Shown one piece after another: positions 50,076 to 59,802 of a DNA stretch of 64,000 nt; position 1 is the first letter of the stretch, and the number at the start of each line of letters is the position of its first letter. The stretch lies in NCBI GenBank assembly GCA_963663165.1, contig OY760175.1, positions 5,760,001 to 5,824,000 on the forward strand, given 5' to 3'. The DNA is from an uncultured Desulfospira sp. GTDB lineage: Bacteria; Desulfobacterota; Desulfobacteria; Desulfobacterales; Desulfobacteraceae. Position numbers and translations under genes: made by a program. The notes beneath the pieces are model-generated. The model saw only the letters and a list, made by a program, of their open reading frames with translations. It had not been told where the DNA came from and did not search any database.

Positions 50076-51170
50076 TTGAAAATTCTGTTTCTTGAGCCTT
50101 TTTTCGGCGGCTCCCATAAGGATTTTGCCCTGGGGTTTTCCGGGCATTCCTCCCATGATGTAGACCTTGTAACCTTGCCGCCAAGGTTCTGGAAATGGCG
50201 CATGAGAGGGGCGGCCCTTTATTTTTTAAAGAAGATTGAGAACCTTTCCGGCTATGACCTGATATTTGCCACGGACATGCTGGATGTGACGGATTTCAAG
50301 GCCCTGGCCGGCCCGGATGTGCCGCCGGTGGTCCTTTACTTTCATGAAAACCAGCTCTCCTATCCGTTGGAGCCGGGTGAGAAAAGAGACCTTCACCTGG
50401 GATTCACCAATATCATTTCCGCTCATGCCGCAGCAGCCGTATGGTTTAATTCAAAGTTCCATCTGAATGATTTTATGACTGCGGCCCGGCGGCTGGTCCG
50501 GCAGATGCCTGATTTCAGACCCGGCTGGGTGGTAGACGAGATTGAGGCCAAGGCAAAAGTCCTGTATCCGGGCTGTTGTTTTCCCAAAGATAATGGGGGG
50601 GCGATTTCCGCCCCCCTTGCCCCACCATTAATTATCTGGAACCACAGATGGGAGCATGACAAGAACCCGGCCGCCTTTTTCGGGGCACTGGACAAGCTCA
50701 AACAGGCTGGAACGGCCTTTTCCCTGGCGGTCTTAGGCGAGCGGTACGACACCGTTCCGGAACCGTTTGCATGGGCCGGCGAAAGGTTCAAAGAGGAGAT
50801 TCGGGCCTGGGGATATGTGGAATCCAGACCGGCATATGAATCCTGGCTTAAAAAAGGCACCCTTGTGGTCAGCACGGCCATCCAGGAAAACTTTGGCATC
50901 TCAGTTATGGAAGCGGTCCGGTACGGCTGCTTTCCCCTGCTTCCCAACCGGCTGTCCTATCCTGAAATCATGCCGGAAGAATATGGGGAACAGATCCTTT
51001 ATACCTCTGAAGACGAACTTTTTCAAAAACTTCACGAAGGCCTTGCCCGGCCGTCTTCCCTTTCAGAAGCCCGCCTTGAGTTGTCCGGTCATGCGGCCCG
51101 GTTTTCCTGGGAGACCATGATAAAGACCTATGACACGGCCCTGGAAAAATTTGGCCGGGGGGCCGGCTGA
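50076..51170 (+). CDS. GT-B glycosyltransferase with DUF3524, GTDC1/QTMAN-like
   Basis: FFGGSH, WKWR.R..AL, YFHENQL.YP, FNS, WNHRWEHDKNP..FF, STAIQENFG, P.RLSYPEI. Confidence 0.85.
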   Translation: MKILFLEPFFGGSHKDFALGFSGHSSHDVDLVTLPPRFWKWRMRGAALYFLKKIENLSGYDLIFATDMLDVTDFKALAGPDVPPVVLYFHENQLSYPLEPGEKRDLHLGFTNIISAHAAAAVWFNSKFHLNDFMTAARRLVRQMPDFRPGWVVDEIEAKAKVLYPGCCFPKDNGGAISAPLAPPLIIWNHRWEHDKNPAAFFGALDKLKQAGTAFSLAVLGERYDTVPEPFAWAGERFKEEIRAWGYVESRPAYESWLKKGTLVVSTAIQENFGISVMEAVRYGCFPLLPNRLSYPEIMPEEYGEQILYTSEDELFQKLHEGLARPSSLSEARLELSGHAARFSWETMIKTYDTALEKFGRGAG

Positions 51171-51214
51171 CCAGAGTGATCCTCAGGCCATGGCCTGTTA
51201 AGAACGGATGTCCG

Positions 51215-52606
51215 TCAGTTTCCGGCCGGCAGTATAAGGGTTGTCTGAATCATCTGTTCAGGTCCATTGCCGATATCTATGGTACCGTTGTGGAGCGCGA
51301 CGATTTTTTGGGCAATGGCCAGCCCTAAGCCTGACCCGCCAAGGGTCTTTGTCCTGGATTTTTCAACCCGGTAAAATTGTTCAAACAGGTGAGGGATATC
51401 CGGTTCCGGAATGGCCGGACCGGAATTGCTGATGTCAATGCGCACCCGGCCTTTTTTTAGCTCCACCTGAATGTGAATGATTCCCTGAACAGGCCGGTTA
51501 TACCGGATGGCATTGTCAATAAGATTGACGAAAAGCCGGAACAGTTTTTCATGATCCCCCGGTACCTGACAGGGGACATCCATCCGGGTTTGGACCTGGA
51601 TCTGTTTTTCGGCAATCACATCGGCATAGTCATCTAACACCTGGCCAATGACTTCATCTATGGCCACCGGGCCGATATGCAGGGTCTCCTGTTGTTCCAT
51701 TCTGGAAAGATCCAGCAGGTTTTTCACCAGATGGCTCATGCGCCGGCTGGTTTCAAGCTGTTTGATCAGTCCCTCTTCCACCGGCAGGGGCAGGTTTCCG
51801 GCCATGAGCATATCCTCCTGGGCCAGCATTAAGAGCGTAATCGGGCTCTTTAACTCATGGGAGGCGTTCCCGATAAATTCCCTTTGGCGGTTAAAGGAGT
51901 GCTGAATCCGGTCAAACATCTTATTCAGGGCCACGGAAAGTTCATAGAGTTCATCCTTGTTTTTTCCAAGGGGGATCCGTTTATCCAGGGACTGGTCGCT
52001 GATTTCACGGGACTGCCGGATAATGGTGGAAACGGGCTTTAAAATTCTGCCGGCCAGGATATGGCTTAAGATAAGAATGACCAGCGAAAACAGAAAAAGG
52101 CTGCCCCCGACGGTCAGAACAAGGGATATCAATTCCTCTTCAAGGTCTTCAATGGGTTTGGCAATGCGAATTTCCAGATGACGGCCGTTGATCGGCTTTT
52201 GGATCACCATGACCCGGAACATCACGTCGTCTTTGGCGTCCTGTTTTAACCAGATATCTGATCGGGGAATATGTCGCTCGATTATGTAGACGGATTTATC
52301 CGATGAATCGGAAAGGTCTGTAAACTCAGTGAGTTTGGACCGGTAAAGCACCTGACCCTGGTTATCCCTGGCCATGATCCAGTACTGGTCGGGATCATAG
52401 GGCATGTTGCCGGAATTAACGGCAGCGCCGGAAAATCCGGCTGATTTTATCCGGTCTGACAGGGCCATGGCCATGTGCTGGATCTCTTTGTCGATGAGCT
52501 TAAACGGCTGTTCGGTCATTTCCCAGAAAATGACGCCCGAGAATGCAATGGTGGACAGCAGGGCGGTGCCGGAAATCCAGAGGGTAATCTTTTTACGGAT
52601 TTTCAT
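51215..52606 (-). CDS. Sensor histidine kinase, CusS/CzcS-like (HAMP)
   Basis: Two TM, DELYELS..LN.M, ASHELKSP, NAIRY, GSGLGL. Confidence 0.93.
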   Translation of the reverse strand: MKIRKKITLWISGTALLSTIAFSGVIFWEMTEQPFKLIDKEIQHMAMALSDRIKSAGFSGAAVNSGNMPYDPDQYWIMARDNQGQVLYRSKLTEFTDLSDSSDKSVYIIERHIPRSDIWLKQDAKDDVMFRVMVIQKPINGRHLEIRIAKPIEDLEEELISLVLTVGGSLFLFSLVILILSHILAGRILKPVSTIIRQSREISDQSLDKRIPLGKNKDELYELSVALNKMFDRIQHSFNRQREFIGNASHELKSPITLLMLAQEDMLMAGNLPLPVEEGLIKQLETSRRMSHLVKNLLDLSRMEQQETLHIGPVAIDEVIGQVLDDYADVIAEKQIQVQTRMDVPCQVPGDHEKLFRLFVNLIDNAIRYNRPVQGIIHIQVELKKGRVRIDISNSGPAIPEPDIPHLFEQFYRVEKSRTKTLGGSGLGLAIAQKIVALHNGTIDIGNGPEQMIQTTLILPAGN

Positions 52607-53280
52607 GCCTGCTCTTCGATAATGAACCCGATCCCCCGGATGGTTTTGATGATGGGGTCTTCTTTTTGGGGTCCCAGTTTTTTTCTTAAATTTTTAATAT
52701 GAACATCCACATAGTTGGACATTGAAAAGGGGTCAAACTCGTCTCCCCACACATGTTCAGCCAGGCTGAACCGAGATACGGCACTCCCCTTGTTGTGCAA
52801 CAGAAATTCAAGAATTGAAAATTCCTTGACGGTCAAATGAAGGGGTTCACCCTTGAGGGAAACCGTTCGGGCCACCGTATCCAGACAGACCTCGCCGGCC
52901 TCAAGCAGGGGGTTTTTGTTTCCCTTTCGCCGGAGCATGGCCCGGATCCGGGCCATGAGCTCGGCCATGGAAAAGGGCTTGGCCAGGTAGTCATCCGCAC
53001 CATAGTCCAGTCCCCGTACCCGGTCCTGGACATCGCTTCTGGCCGTGAGCATCAGGATGGGCATGTCCAGCCCGGCCTTGCGGACCTCTTTGAGGACGGT
53101 TAAGCCGTCCATCCGGGGCAGCATGATATCCAGCAGGACAAGGTCATAGGGCACATCAAAAATTTTATCCAGGGCGGTTTCCCCGTCGCCGGCCGTATCC
53201 ACCCGGTACTGCTTTCGTTTAAGGGTGGTTGTCAGCTGGTCAGACAGACCCCTGTCATCTTCAACAATTAAAATGTTCAT
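52603..53280 (-). CDS. OmpR-family response regulator
   Basis: REC (ILIVEDD, DIMLP, GADDYLAKPF) plus winged helix (VDVHIKNLRKK, TIRGIG). Confidence 0.95.
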   Translation of the reverse strand: MNILIVEDDRGLSDQLTTTLKRKQYRVDTAGDGETALDKIFDVPYDLVLLDIMLPRMDGLTVLKEVRKAGLDMPILMLTARSDVQDRVRGLDYGADDYLAKPFSMAELMARIRAMLRRKGNKNPLLEAGEVCLDTVARTVSLKGEPLHLTVKEFSILEFLLHNKGSAVSRFSLAEHVWGDEFDPFSMSNYVDVHIKNLRKKLGPQKEDPIIKTIRGIGFIIEEQA

Positions 53281-53368
53281 ATTAAAAATTTTATTGGGCC
53301 AAATCTGTTTTGAAGATACCCGGAAATGATGTAAATCACAAATGTTAAATTAAAACCCAGGGCAAGTC

Positions 53369-55360
53369 CTATGTATCGTCCCCGGGATCGGCTTTGTTCT
53401 GGACCAGATGGTCTGATGAAGAGGCACCCCACCGGTTCATCCGGTGGGAAAGGACATAGTCTGCTCCCTGGTAATAGGCCATCAGTGCCCTGACCCCGGG
53501 ATAATCTTTTCCGACGGTATCCAGTTTGACCTGGTCACGCCCTAAAGGGATCCGGCTTATCTGTCTGCCCGGGGACAGCAACAGCAGTTCTTTTTCGGTC
53601 AAAAGGCCGAGTTTCTGGTAGTTGGCGATCAGGGCCCGGCCTTGAAATTCCGGCGACAGAATATCTTGTCCGAAAAAAAAGCTTTCATAGGAAACATTTA
53701 AGAGGGCCAGAAGGGTCGGGGCCAGATCCATCTGGCTGGACAGGGCCGGGACCTCTTTGGCCGGGATATGCCGGGGGGAATAGATAAACAAAGGAATATG
53801 ATATTTGTCTACGGGCAGCCCAACCCTGCCGGCGCTGTGGGCGCAGTGATCCGCAACCAGTACAAACACCGTGTCATCAAACCATGGCTGGGATCTGGCC
53901 TGGCGGATCAACCGGGATATGGCATAGTCAGTATATTTCACGGCGCCGGCCCGGCCGCTGCCGCCGTGTCCCCCCTTTCCCGGGGACAGGTCAATTTTGC
54001 CTTCAGGAAAGGTATACGGGCGGTGGTTGCTGGTGGTCATGATGTGAAAGAAAAAAGGCCTGCGGGATGCAAAGGCCTGGTTGGCCTCCCGGATGGCCCG
54101 GTTGAACAAATCTTCGTCACAGACCCCCCAGGCATTTTTAAATGTAACCTCGCTGCTGCTCAGCCGGGGCTGATCCACAATCCGGTAGCCGTTTCCTGAA
54201 AAAAAGGCGTTCATGTTGTCGAAAAATCCCCTTCCGCCGTAGAGAAAGGCCGTATCATATCCGAGTTGGTTAAACACCTTGCCCAGGCTGTTCATCCGGC
54301 GGTTATCCGGCCGTTTGACAATGGACCGGCCCGGCGTGGGCGGGATGGACAGGGTAATGGCTTCAAGCCCCCGGGCTGTCCTTGTCCCGGTGGCATAAAA
54401 ATTGGTGAACAGCAGGCCCTGCTTAAACCATTGGTCCATAAAGGGGGTAATGTCCTTTTGCTGGCCAAACCGGGATAAAAATTGGGCACTCAGGCTTTCC
54501 ACGGTGATCAGCATGACATTGAGCTTTTTGGGGGGGCCTGCAGGGCAGATATACCGGTCAATATTATAGGTGCCCCTGCTGAAGGCGAATTTTTCACCGG
54601 CCACCTGGTTCTTCAGACAGATTGAGAGGGCCTGATCGTCGCCGGTGGCATAAAATTTTCGGTAATCCAGCCGGTTGTTCCGGAATGCGGCAAACAGCTG
54701 GTAAGGGCCGTTGGACGCCAGTTCATTGACATAGTTATTCTCCGAAAAACGTCGGGCGGACTGATTTAACAGGCCAAACGACAGCACCGGAAGCATCAGC
54801 AGTATCCCCGCTGTCACGGATTTTTTCTTGAAGGATTCGGTGGTATCAAGGGCCTTTACAATCCCCGGCCGGACCAGGAAAAATATCCCCCCGGCGACAA
54901 TAAGAATGACCGGCAGGATATAAAAGACCGGATAGGACTCCAGAATATTTTCGGTGACCTCCTGCCGGTATACCAGGTAATCCACTGAAATGAAGTTGAA
55001 CCGGACGCCGAACTCGCTCCAAAAAAACCATTCCGCCACCATTGAAAATCCGAGGACGTAGAGTATCAAAAATGACCCGGCCTGGACCAGGCCTTTAACG
55101 ATATGGGTGTGCAGCCACTTGTCGGGCAGCAGCCAGAAAAAAAGAACAAAGGGAATGCCGGCATAACTGAGAAAGGCCGTGTCATAGGCCAGCCCCATGC
55201 CGAAAATATAGACCCACTCACGGGCCGTGTGATCAATAAAGGGCCAGGAGCGGATCAAAAACAGGCCCCGGGTCAGGGCAAATCCGGCCAGGGCAATGAC
55301 CGAAAGCCGGCCGATCACAGCAAACCGGGTGGCGGGGTGTTTAAAAATTGTGGGGATCAT
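53369..55360 (-). CDS. LTA synthase family / phosphoglycerol transferase-like membrane sulfatase
   Basis: Five N-terminal TM, ITVESLS, GTRTARG (catalytic Thr), TTSNHRP, VADH. Start 55360 assumed; ORF is open to 55396. Confidence 0.9.
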   Translation of the reverse strand: MIPTIFKHPATRFAVIGRLSVIALAGFALTRGLFLIRSWPFIDHTAREWVYIFGMGLAYDTAFLSYAGIPFVLFFWLLPDKWLHTHIVKGLVQAGSFLILYVLGFSMVAEWFFWSEFGVRFNFISVDYLVYRQEVTENILESYPVFYILPVILIVAGGIFFLVRPGIVKALDTTESFKKKSVTAGILLMLPVLSFGLLNQSARRFSENNYVNELASNGPYQLFAAFRNNRLDYRKFYATGDDQALSICLKNQVAGEKFAFSRGTYNIDRYICPAGPPKKLNVMLITVESLSAQFLSRFGQQKDITPFMDQWFKQGLLFTNFYATGTRTARGLEAITLSIPPTPGRSIVKRPDNRRMNSLGKVFNQLGYDTAFLYGGRGFFDNMNAFFSGNGYRIVDQPRLSSSEVTFKNAWGVCDEDLFNRAIREANQAFASRRPFFFHIMTTSNHRPYTFPEGKIDLSPGKGGHGGSGRAGAVKYTDYAISRLIRQARSQPWFDDTVFVLVADHCAHSAGRVGLPVDKYHIPLFIYSPRHIPAKEVPALSSQMDLAPTLLALLNVSYESFFFGQDILSPEFQGRALIANYQKLGLLTEKELLLLSPGRQISRIPLGRDQVKLDTVGKDYPGVRALMAYYQGADYVLSHRMNRWGASSSDHLVQNKADPGDDT

Positions 55361-55544
55361 TGAATAAGGTTCTCCATTCTTCAGCTTTTCATGCAAAAAA
55401 GGGTGCGATTATATGCTGGCAAAATACCACCCTGTTTATGAAGAAACAGTGAAGAACCATGATGGGAAACAAGTGAACTTTCGGGGGGGGATCGCTTCGC
55501 CGCACAAATCCTGCCGGTAATTGTCTGAGAATCCCACATATTTT

Positions 55545-55746
55545 ATATGAAAGTCTCACTAACCTCTTGAGAAGACTTTCATTATTTGTTGTGGGCGGTG
55601 CTTGGTTGGATAACCAAGGCGGCCCGTGGCCGTTATATGAAATACTCAGCAACCTGTTGAGTTCTTTCAATATTTGTTGCGGGCAGTTCTTGGTTGGATA
55701 ACCAAGACGGCCCGTGGCCGTTATAGTGACGGTCACGGGCCGTCTT
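55545..55746 (-). repeat. Two tandem 88 bp three-hairpin units plus an inverted partial unit
   Basis: cttggttggataaccaag.cggcccgtggccgttata recurs 88 bp apart and is the reverse complement of the unit at 35075-35168. Confidence 0.85.
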
Positions 55747-55908
55747 CGGACATTCCCCTTCCCGAATTCAGGACCAGTATTTCAAGATCCCGGGGCCTGA
55801 TCGAAAAGGGCCGGGTGGAAGATATCCGGAAAAAATGGTTTGGGAGTGAATAACGAAACGGGGGCGGAAGACGGGAACCCGTCAGACAGGAAGCCAGAAG
55901 GCCGGGAG

Positions 55909-57027
55909 TTACAGGGTTGCCCCGGCCACCTGGTTGCGGCCGTTGTTTTTGGCCTGGTATAAGAGCTGGTCCGCCTTTGACAGGAAGGTTTCCTTTTCAT
56001 CGGCCGGTCCCGGGGCCATGGTGACCAGGCCGATGCTCACCGTTGCCCGGATTTTGTTGTATTCAAAGTTAAGGACCGTGTTTTCCATTTCAATTCGAAG
56101 CTTTTCAGCCAGGTCTGAAATATAGCTGTTGGACCCGTTGGGGATCAGAATAAGAAACTCCTCTCCGCCGTACCGGACCAGGATATCGGTATCCCGCTGA
56201 AATACTTTTTTTATTTTGTCGGCGATGAGCTTTAAAAATTCATCACCGGCCAGGTGGCCAAAGGTATCATTGATTTGTTTGAATTTATCAATGTCGCACA
56301 ACAGCAGGGTAATATGCCCCTTGCTTCTCACGGCCAGCCGCCACTGGATATTGAATGCCGTATCAAAAAATCTTCGGTTGTGCAGGCCGGTCAGCCCGTC
56401 AAGGTAACTGAGCCTTTCCAGTTCTTTGGTTTTTTTCTTTAAAAGGGAGGCATTATTTAAAGCCTCCCAATATTCCCGGTTTCCCTTGAGGCTTAACTGG
56501 ATCATAAAAAAGGAAAAAATGCCGCAAAGCCCCACCAGGGGCAGATGGATTTTATGGACCGCCATGAAAAGGACCCCGGGCCAGATAATGAGAAAATTAA
56601 ACCCGATGGCCAACCCTAAAAACGGGGCATAGGAGACCACGCCTCCGGCACACAGGGCAATGGTGGTGGCCAGCATGAGCATATGGGTGACCGCTTCATC
56701 GGGCCGGCTCATCACCCGGGCAAAGGCCAGTCCCCAGATCAGGCTGTTTAACAGAACGCAGGCGATCAGATAATAAAAATCAAGGCGCTTGAGATGTTTC
56801 GGGACCCGGTCTTTAAACTGCCATAAGATCACCCTGAGCAGGCAGACCAGGCAAAGCCCCAATGCGAACATCTGGGAAAAATAAGAATCTCTGTAATAGT
56901 ACCCGTCCAGAAACAGGATACCGGCCATGGCGGCAAAATAATAGGGAACCCCCATCAGGGACTGTTTTTTCAAATCCGTGATGACCCTTGAATCCAAATC
57001 CTGCCGTCTGTTTTTGGTCTCAGTCAT
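55909..57027 (-). CDS. Membrane-bound diguanylate cyclase
   Basis: TM region, DGLTGLHNRR, DIDKFKQIND.FGH, I-site RDTD, GGEEF. Confidence 0.93.
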   Translation of the reverse strand: MTETKNRRQDLDSRVITDLKKQSLMGVPYYFAAMAGILFLDGYYYRDSYFSQMFALGLCLVCLLRVILWQFKDRVPKHLKRLDFYYLIACVLLNSLIWGLAFARVMSRPDEAVTHMLMLATTIALCAGGVVSYAPFLGLAIGFNFLIIWPGVLFMAVHKIHLPLVGLCGIFSFFMIQLSLKGNREYWEALNNASLLKKKTKELERLSYLDGLTGLHNRRFFDTAFNIQWRLAVRSKGHITLLLCDIDKFKQINDTFGHLAGDEFLKLIADKIKKVFQRDTDILVRYGGEEFLILIPNGSNSYISDLAEKLRIEMENTVLNFEYNKIRATVSIGLVTMAPGPADEKETFLSKADQLLYQAKNNGRNQVAGATL

Positions 57028-57313
57028 TTTTGCTGTATGAAAAAATTTATTGAAGCCTGATCATAATTTTTTTTGGAGGACTATATCAAACTATCCGCGA
57101 ATTGGAAGTAAAAAATTATATTTCTTTAATTACCTGTTATTAGGGAATTTTTTTTACTAAATTTTATAAAAATAAGTGCCGGGGGGGGAGATATTTTGCT
57201 TGACTTGCCCCCGGCTTTATTGAACAGTAAGGCAGATACCCCTTACGATGCGAAAAGCCGGGTAACGGCCGGGAACCTTAGCGTAAAAGACCCGGTACAG
57301 GATAAGAGACAAA

Positions 57314-59092
57314 ATGAAATTAACGCAAAAAGAGAAATTGGACAGGGTCAGGGAACAGATGGCCCTTCACGACATTACGGCTCTGGTGGTCATGAGTTCA
57401 GACCCCCATCAAAGTGAATACCTTCCGGAGCACTGGCAGACCAGGCAATGGCTCACCGGCTTTACCGGATCCGCCGGCACGGCCCTGGTCACCCGGGACC
57501 AGGCCCTGTTATGGACGGATTTTAGGTATTGGATCCAGGCCCGGGACCAGATCCGGGAAACCGGGTTCGAGCTGATCCGCCAGGGGGAACCCGATGCCCC
57601 CGAGGTGGTCCAGTGGCTGCTTGAAAACCTGAAGCCCAGGGACCGGGTGGCCATGGACGGGCAGGTGGTCAGCCTTGAGTCGGTGAGAACCTATCAAAAA
57701 AAATTGGACCCGGGGGATATTCATCTGGTGCTGGATCTTGATCTGATTCAGGAGATCTGGACGGACCGCCCCCCCATGCCGTCGACCCCTGCCTGGGATT
57801 TCCCGGCGGCCTATGCCGGAAAGGACCGGCCGGCCAAATGGGACGACATCCATCGTAAAATGGCCGAAATAAAGGCGGACTGGGTGTTGATGACAGCCCT
57901 GGATGACATTGCATGGACCTTTAACCTCAGGGGCGAAGACATTCCGGCCAACCCGGTGAACCTGGCCTTTGCCCTTGTGGGAAAACAAGAGAAACGGTTA
58001 TTTATGGACCCGGTCAAGATTGATGAATCCCTTGGCCGCCTTCTGGCCCGGGACGGCGTCACCCTGTTCCCTTATCCGGATGTGGTAAAATGCCTTGCCG
58101 GGATGGATGCCGGGCAGCGGATATTGATAGATCCGGATAAAACGTCTTATGCCCTGTTTAATGCGGTGACCCCCGATTGCCGGATCATCGAGGGAAAGAT
58201 CCCTTCAGAACGCCTTAAAGCCGTAAAAAATGATAAGGAAATTGCCCATATCCGGCAGACTGCCGTAAAAGACGGCCTGGCCATGGTCACCTTTTTATAC
58301 CGGCTTGAGCATCCGGATGGGCCGGTGACCGAACTTGGCGCGGCCGAGCTGCTTTACGGCCTAAGGAAGGAACAGCCGGATTTCAAGGACATCAGCTTTA
58401 CGTCCATCATGGCCTTTGGCGAGCATTCTGCCCTTTGCCATTATTCGGCAACACCTGAAACCGATGTCCCCATTACAAACGGGAACCTGTTTTTGACAGA
58501 TTCCGGGGGAAATTACCTGACCGGCACCACGGACATCACCCGGACCCTTCATTTGGGAGCGCCCACGGCCCAGCAGATCCATGATTATACCCTGGTTCTC
58601 AAGGGGCATATTGCCGTGGCCACGGCCCTGTTTCCCGAAGGGACCAAAGGGTTTCAGATCGATACCCTGGCCCGGCAGTTCCTGTGGAAAGAGGGGATGA
58701 ATTTCGGCCACGGCACCGGCCACGGGGTCGGTTTTTATCTGAGCGTCCATGAAGGCCCTGCAAGGATCAGCCCCTATCCCACGGATATTCCTTTAAAATC
58801 AGGCATGCTCCTGACCAATGAACCCGGCCTTTACCGGGAGGGGCATTACGGCATCCGCCTGGAAAACATGGTCCTGGTCCGGGAGGCCCGTGAAACACAA
58901 TTTGGCAAATTCATGAAATTTGAGAGCCTGACCCTGTGCCACTTTGAAACCGCCCTTATGGACAAGGCCCTGCTGACCCCTGAAGAAATCGACTGGGTCA
59001 ATGCCTATCATCGGCGGGTATATGATCTATTAAGCCCGAAACTTGAGCCAAAGGTCAGGGACTGGCTTGCCCTCAAGACCCGGCGCCTTTAA
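57314..59092 (+). CDS. Xaa-Pro aminopeptidase (aminopeptidase P, M24B)
   Basis: DPHQSEY, GFTGSAG, DSGGNY.TGTTDITRT, HGTGHGVG..L.VHEGP, NEPG.Y, GIRLEN. Confidence 0.95.
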   Translation: MKLTQKEKLDRVREQMALHDITALVVMSSDPHQSEYLPEHWQTRQWLTGFTGSAGTALVTRDQALLWTDFRYWIQARDQIRETGFELIRQGEPDAPEVVQWLLENLKPRDRVAMDGQVVSLESVRTYQKKLDPGDIHLVLDLDLIQEIWTDRPPMPSTPAWDFPAAYAGKDRPAKWDDIHRKMAEIKADWVLMTALDDIAWTFNLRGEDIPANPVNLAFALVGKQEKRLFMDPVKIDESLGRLLARDGVTLFPYPDVVKCLAGMDAGQRILIDPDKTSYALFNAVTPDCRIIEGKIPSERLKAVKNDKEIAHIRQTAVKDGLAMVTFLYRLEHPDGPVTELGAAELLYGLRKEQPDFKDISFTSIMAFGEHSALCHYSATPETDVPITNGNLFLTDSGGNYLTGTTDITRTLHLGAPTAQQIHDYTLVLKGHIAVATALFPEGTKGFQIDTLARQFLWKEGMNFGHGTGHGVGFYLSVHEGPARISPYPTDIPLKSGMLLTNEPGLYREGHYGIRLENMVLVREARETQFGKFMKFESLTLCHFETALMDKALLTPEEIDWVNAYHRRVYDLLSPKLEPKVRDWLALKTRRL

Positions 59093-59117
59093 CCATCAGG
59101 GCAATCTTATGAATTGA

Positions 59118-59236
59118 CGGAGACCGGAAACCGGTGACCGCAGACCGGAGACGTAAACCTGAAGGAATCGCAACATCCGGTCTTCGGTTTCCAGCCTCCG
59201 GCCTCCATTTTTCCGGTCTACTGTCTCCGGTTTCCG
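59118..59236. repeat. Complete GGAGACC/CCGGTCT inverted-arm element between convergent genes
   Basis: ggagaccggaaaccggtgaccgcagaccggagac-core-atccggtcttcggtttccagcctccggcctcc...ccggtctactgtctccggtttcc; overlaps the LOG stop. Confidence 0.75.
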
Positions 59237-59802
59237 TCAGCCCATTTGCTGACTTGCGGGGCCTGATAGGTTGTAAATTGGTCCAGAAGGGCTGCCGGGT
59301 TGCTTTCGATCATGAGCATGGCGCGGTGGTCTTTTTTGATAAATCCCTGGGCGGCGGAGTGGGCCAGAAAGGACTCCAGGTGGTCATAGAACCCTTCCAC
59401 GTTGAGCAGGCCGCAGGGTTTCTGGTGGAATCCGAGCTGGGCCCAGGTCAGCACTTCAATGAGTTCTTCCAAGGTTCCCAGGCCGCCGGGCAGGGCAATA
59501 TATCCGTCGGCCAGGTCCGCCATCAGGGCTTTGCGCTCGTGCATGGACCCCACCACCTTGAGTTCCGTGAGCCCGGGATGGGAGATTTCTTTGTCCACCA
59601 TGGCTTTGGGCATGACCCCGATGACCTGTCCCTTTCCTTCAAGAATCGTGTCGGCAATAATGCCCATGATGCCGACGCTTGCCCCGCCGTATACCAGGCC
59701 GATCCCCCGGGCCAGAAATTCACGGGCCAGGGCTTTGGCCGCCATGGCGTATTCCGGGCGGTTTCCGGGGCTGGACCCGCAGTAGACGCAAAGGGATTTC
59801 AT
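59218..59802 (-). CDS. LOG-family nucleotide phosphoribohydrolase (TIGR00730)
   Basis: VYCGSS.G, LVYGG..VG.MG, MHERK, PGGLGTLEE. Confidence 0.93.
   Translation of the reverse strand: MKSLCVYCGSSPGNRPEYAMAAKALAREFLARGIGLVYGGASVGIMGIIADTILEGKGQVIGVMPKAMVDKEISHPGLTELKVVGSMHERKALMADLADGYIALPGGLGTLEELIEVLTWAQLGFHQKPCGLLNVEGFYDHLESFLAHSAAQGFIKKDHRAMLMIESNPAALLDQFTTYQAPQVSKWADGNRRQ

Noticed and set aside
55545..55746. Possible CRISPR array
   Set aside because: Whole units are repeated with no unique spacers, there are only two copies, and no cas genes are present.
57230..57300. GC-rich leader of the aminopeptidase P gene as a riboswitch
   Set aside because: No recognisable consensus or convincing stem set.
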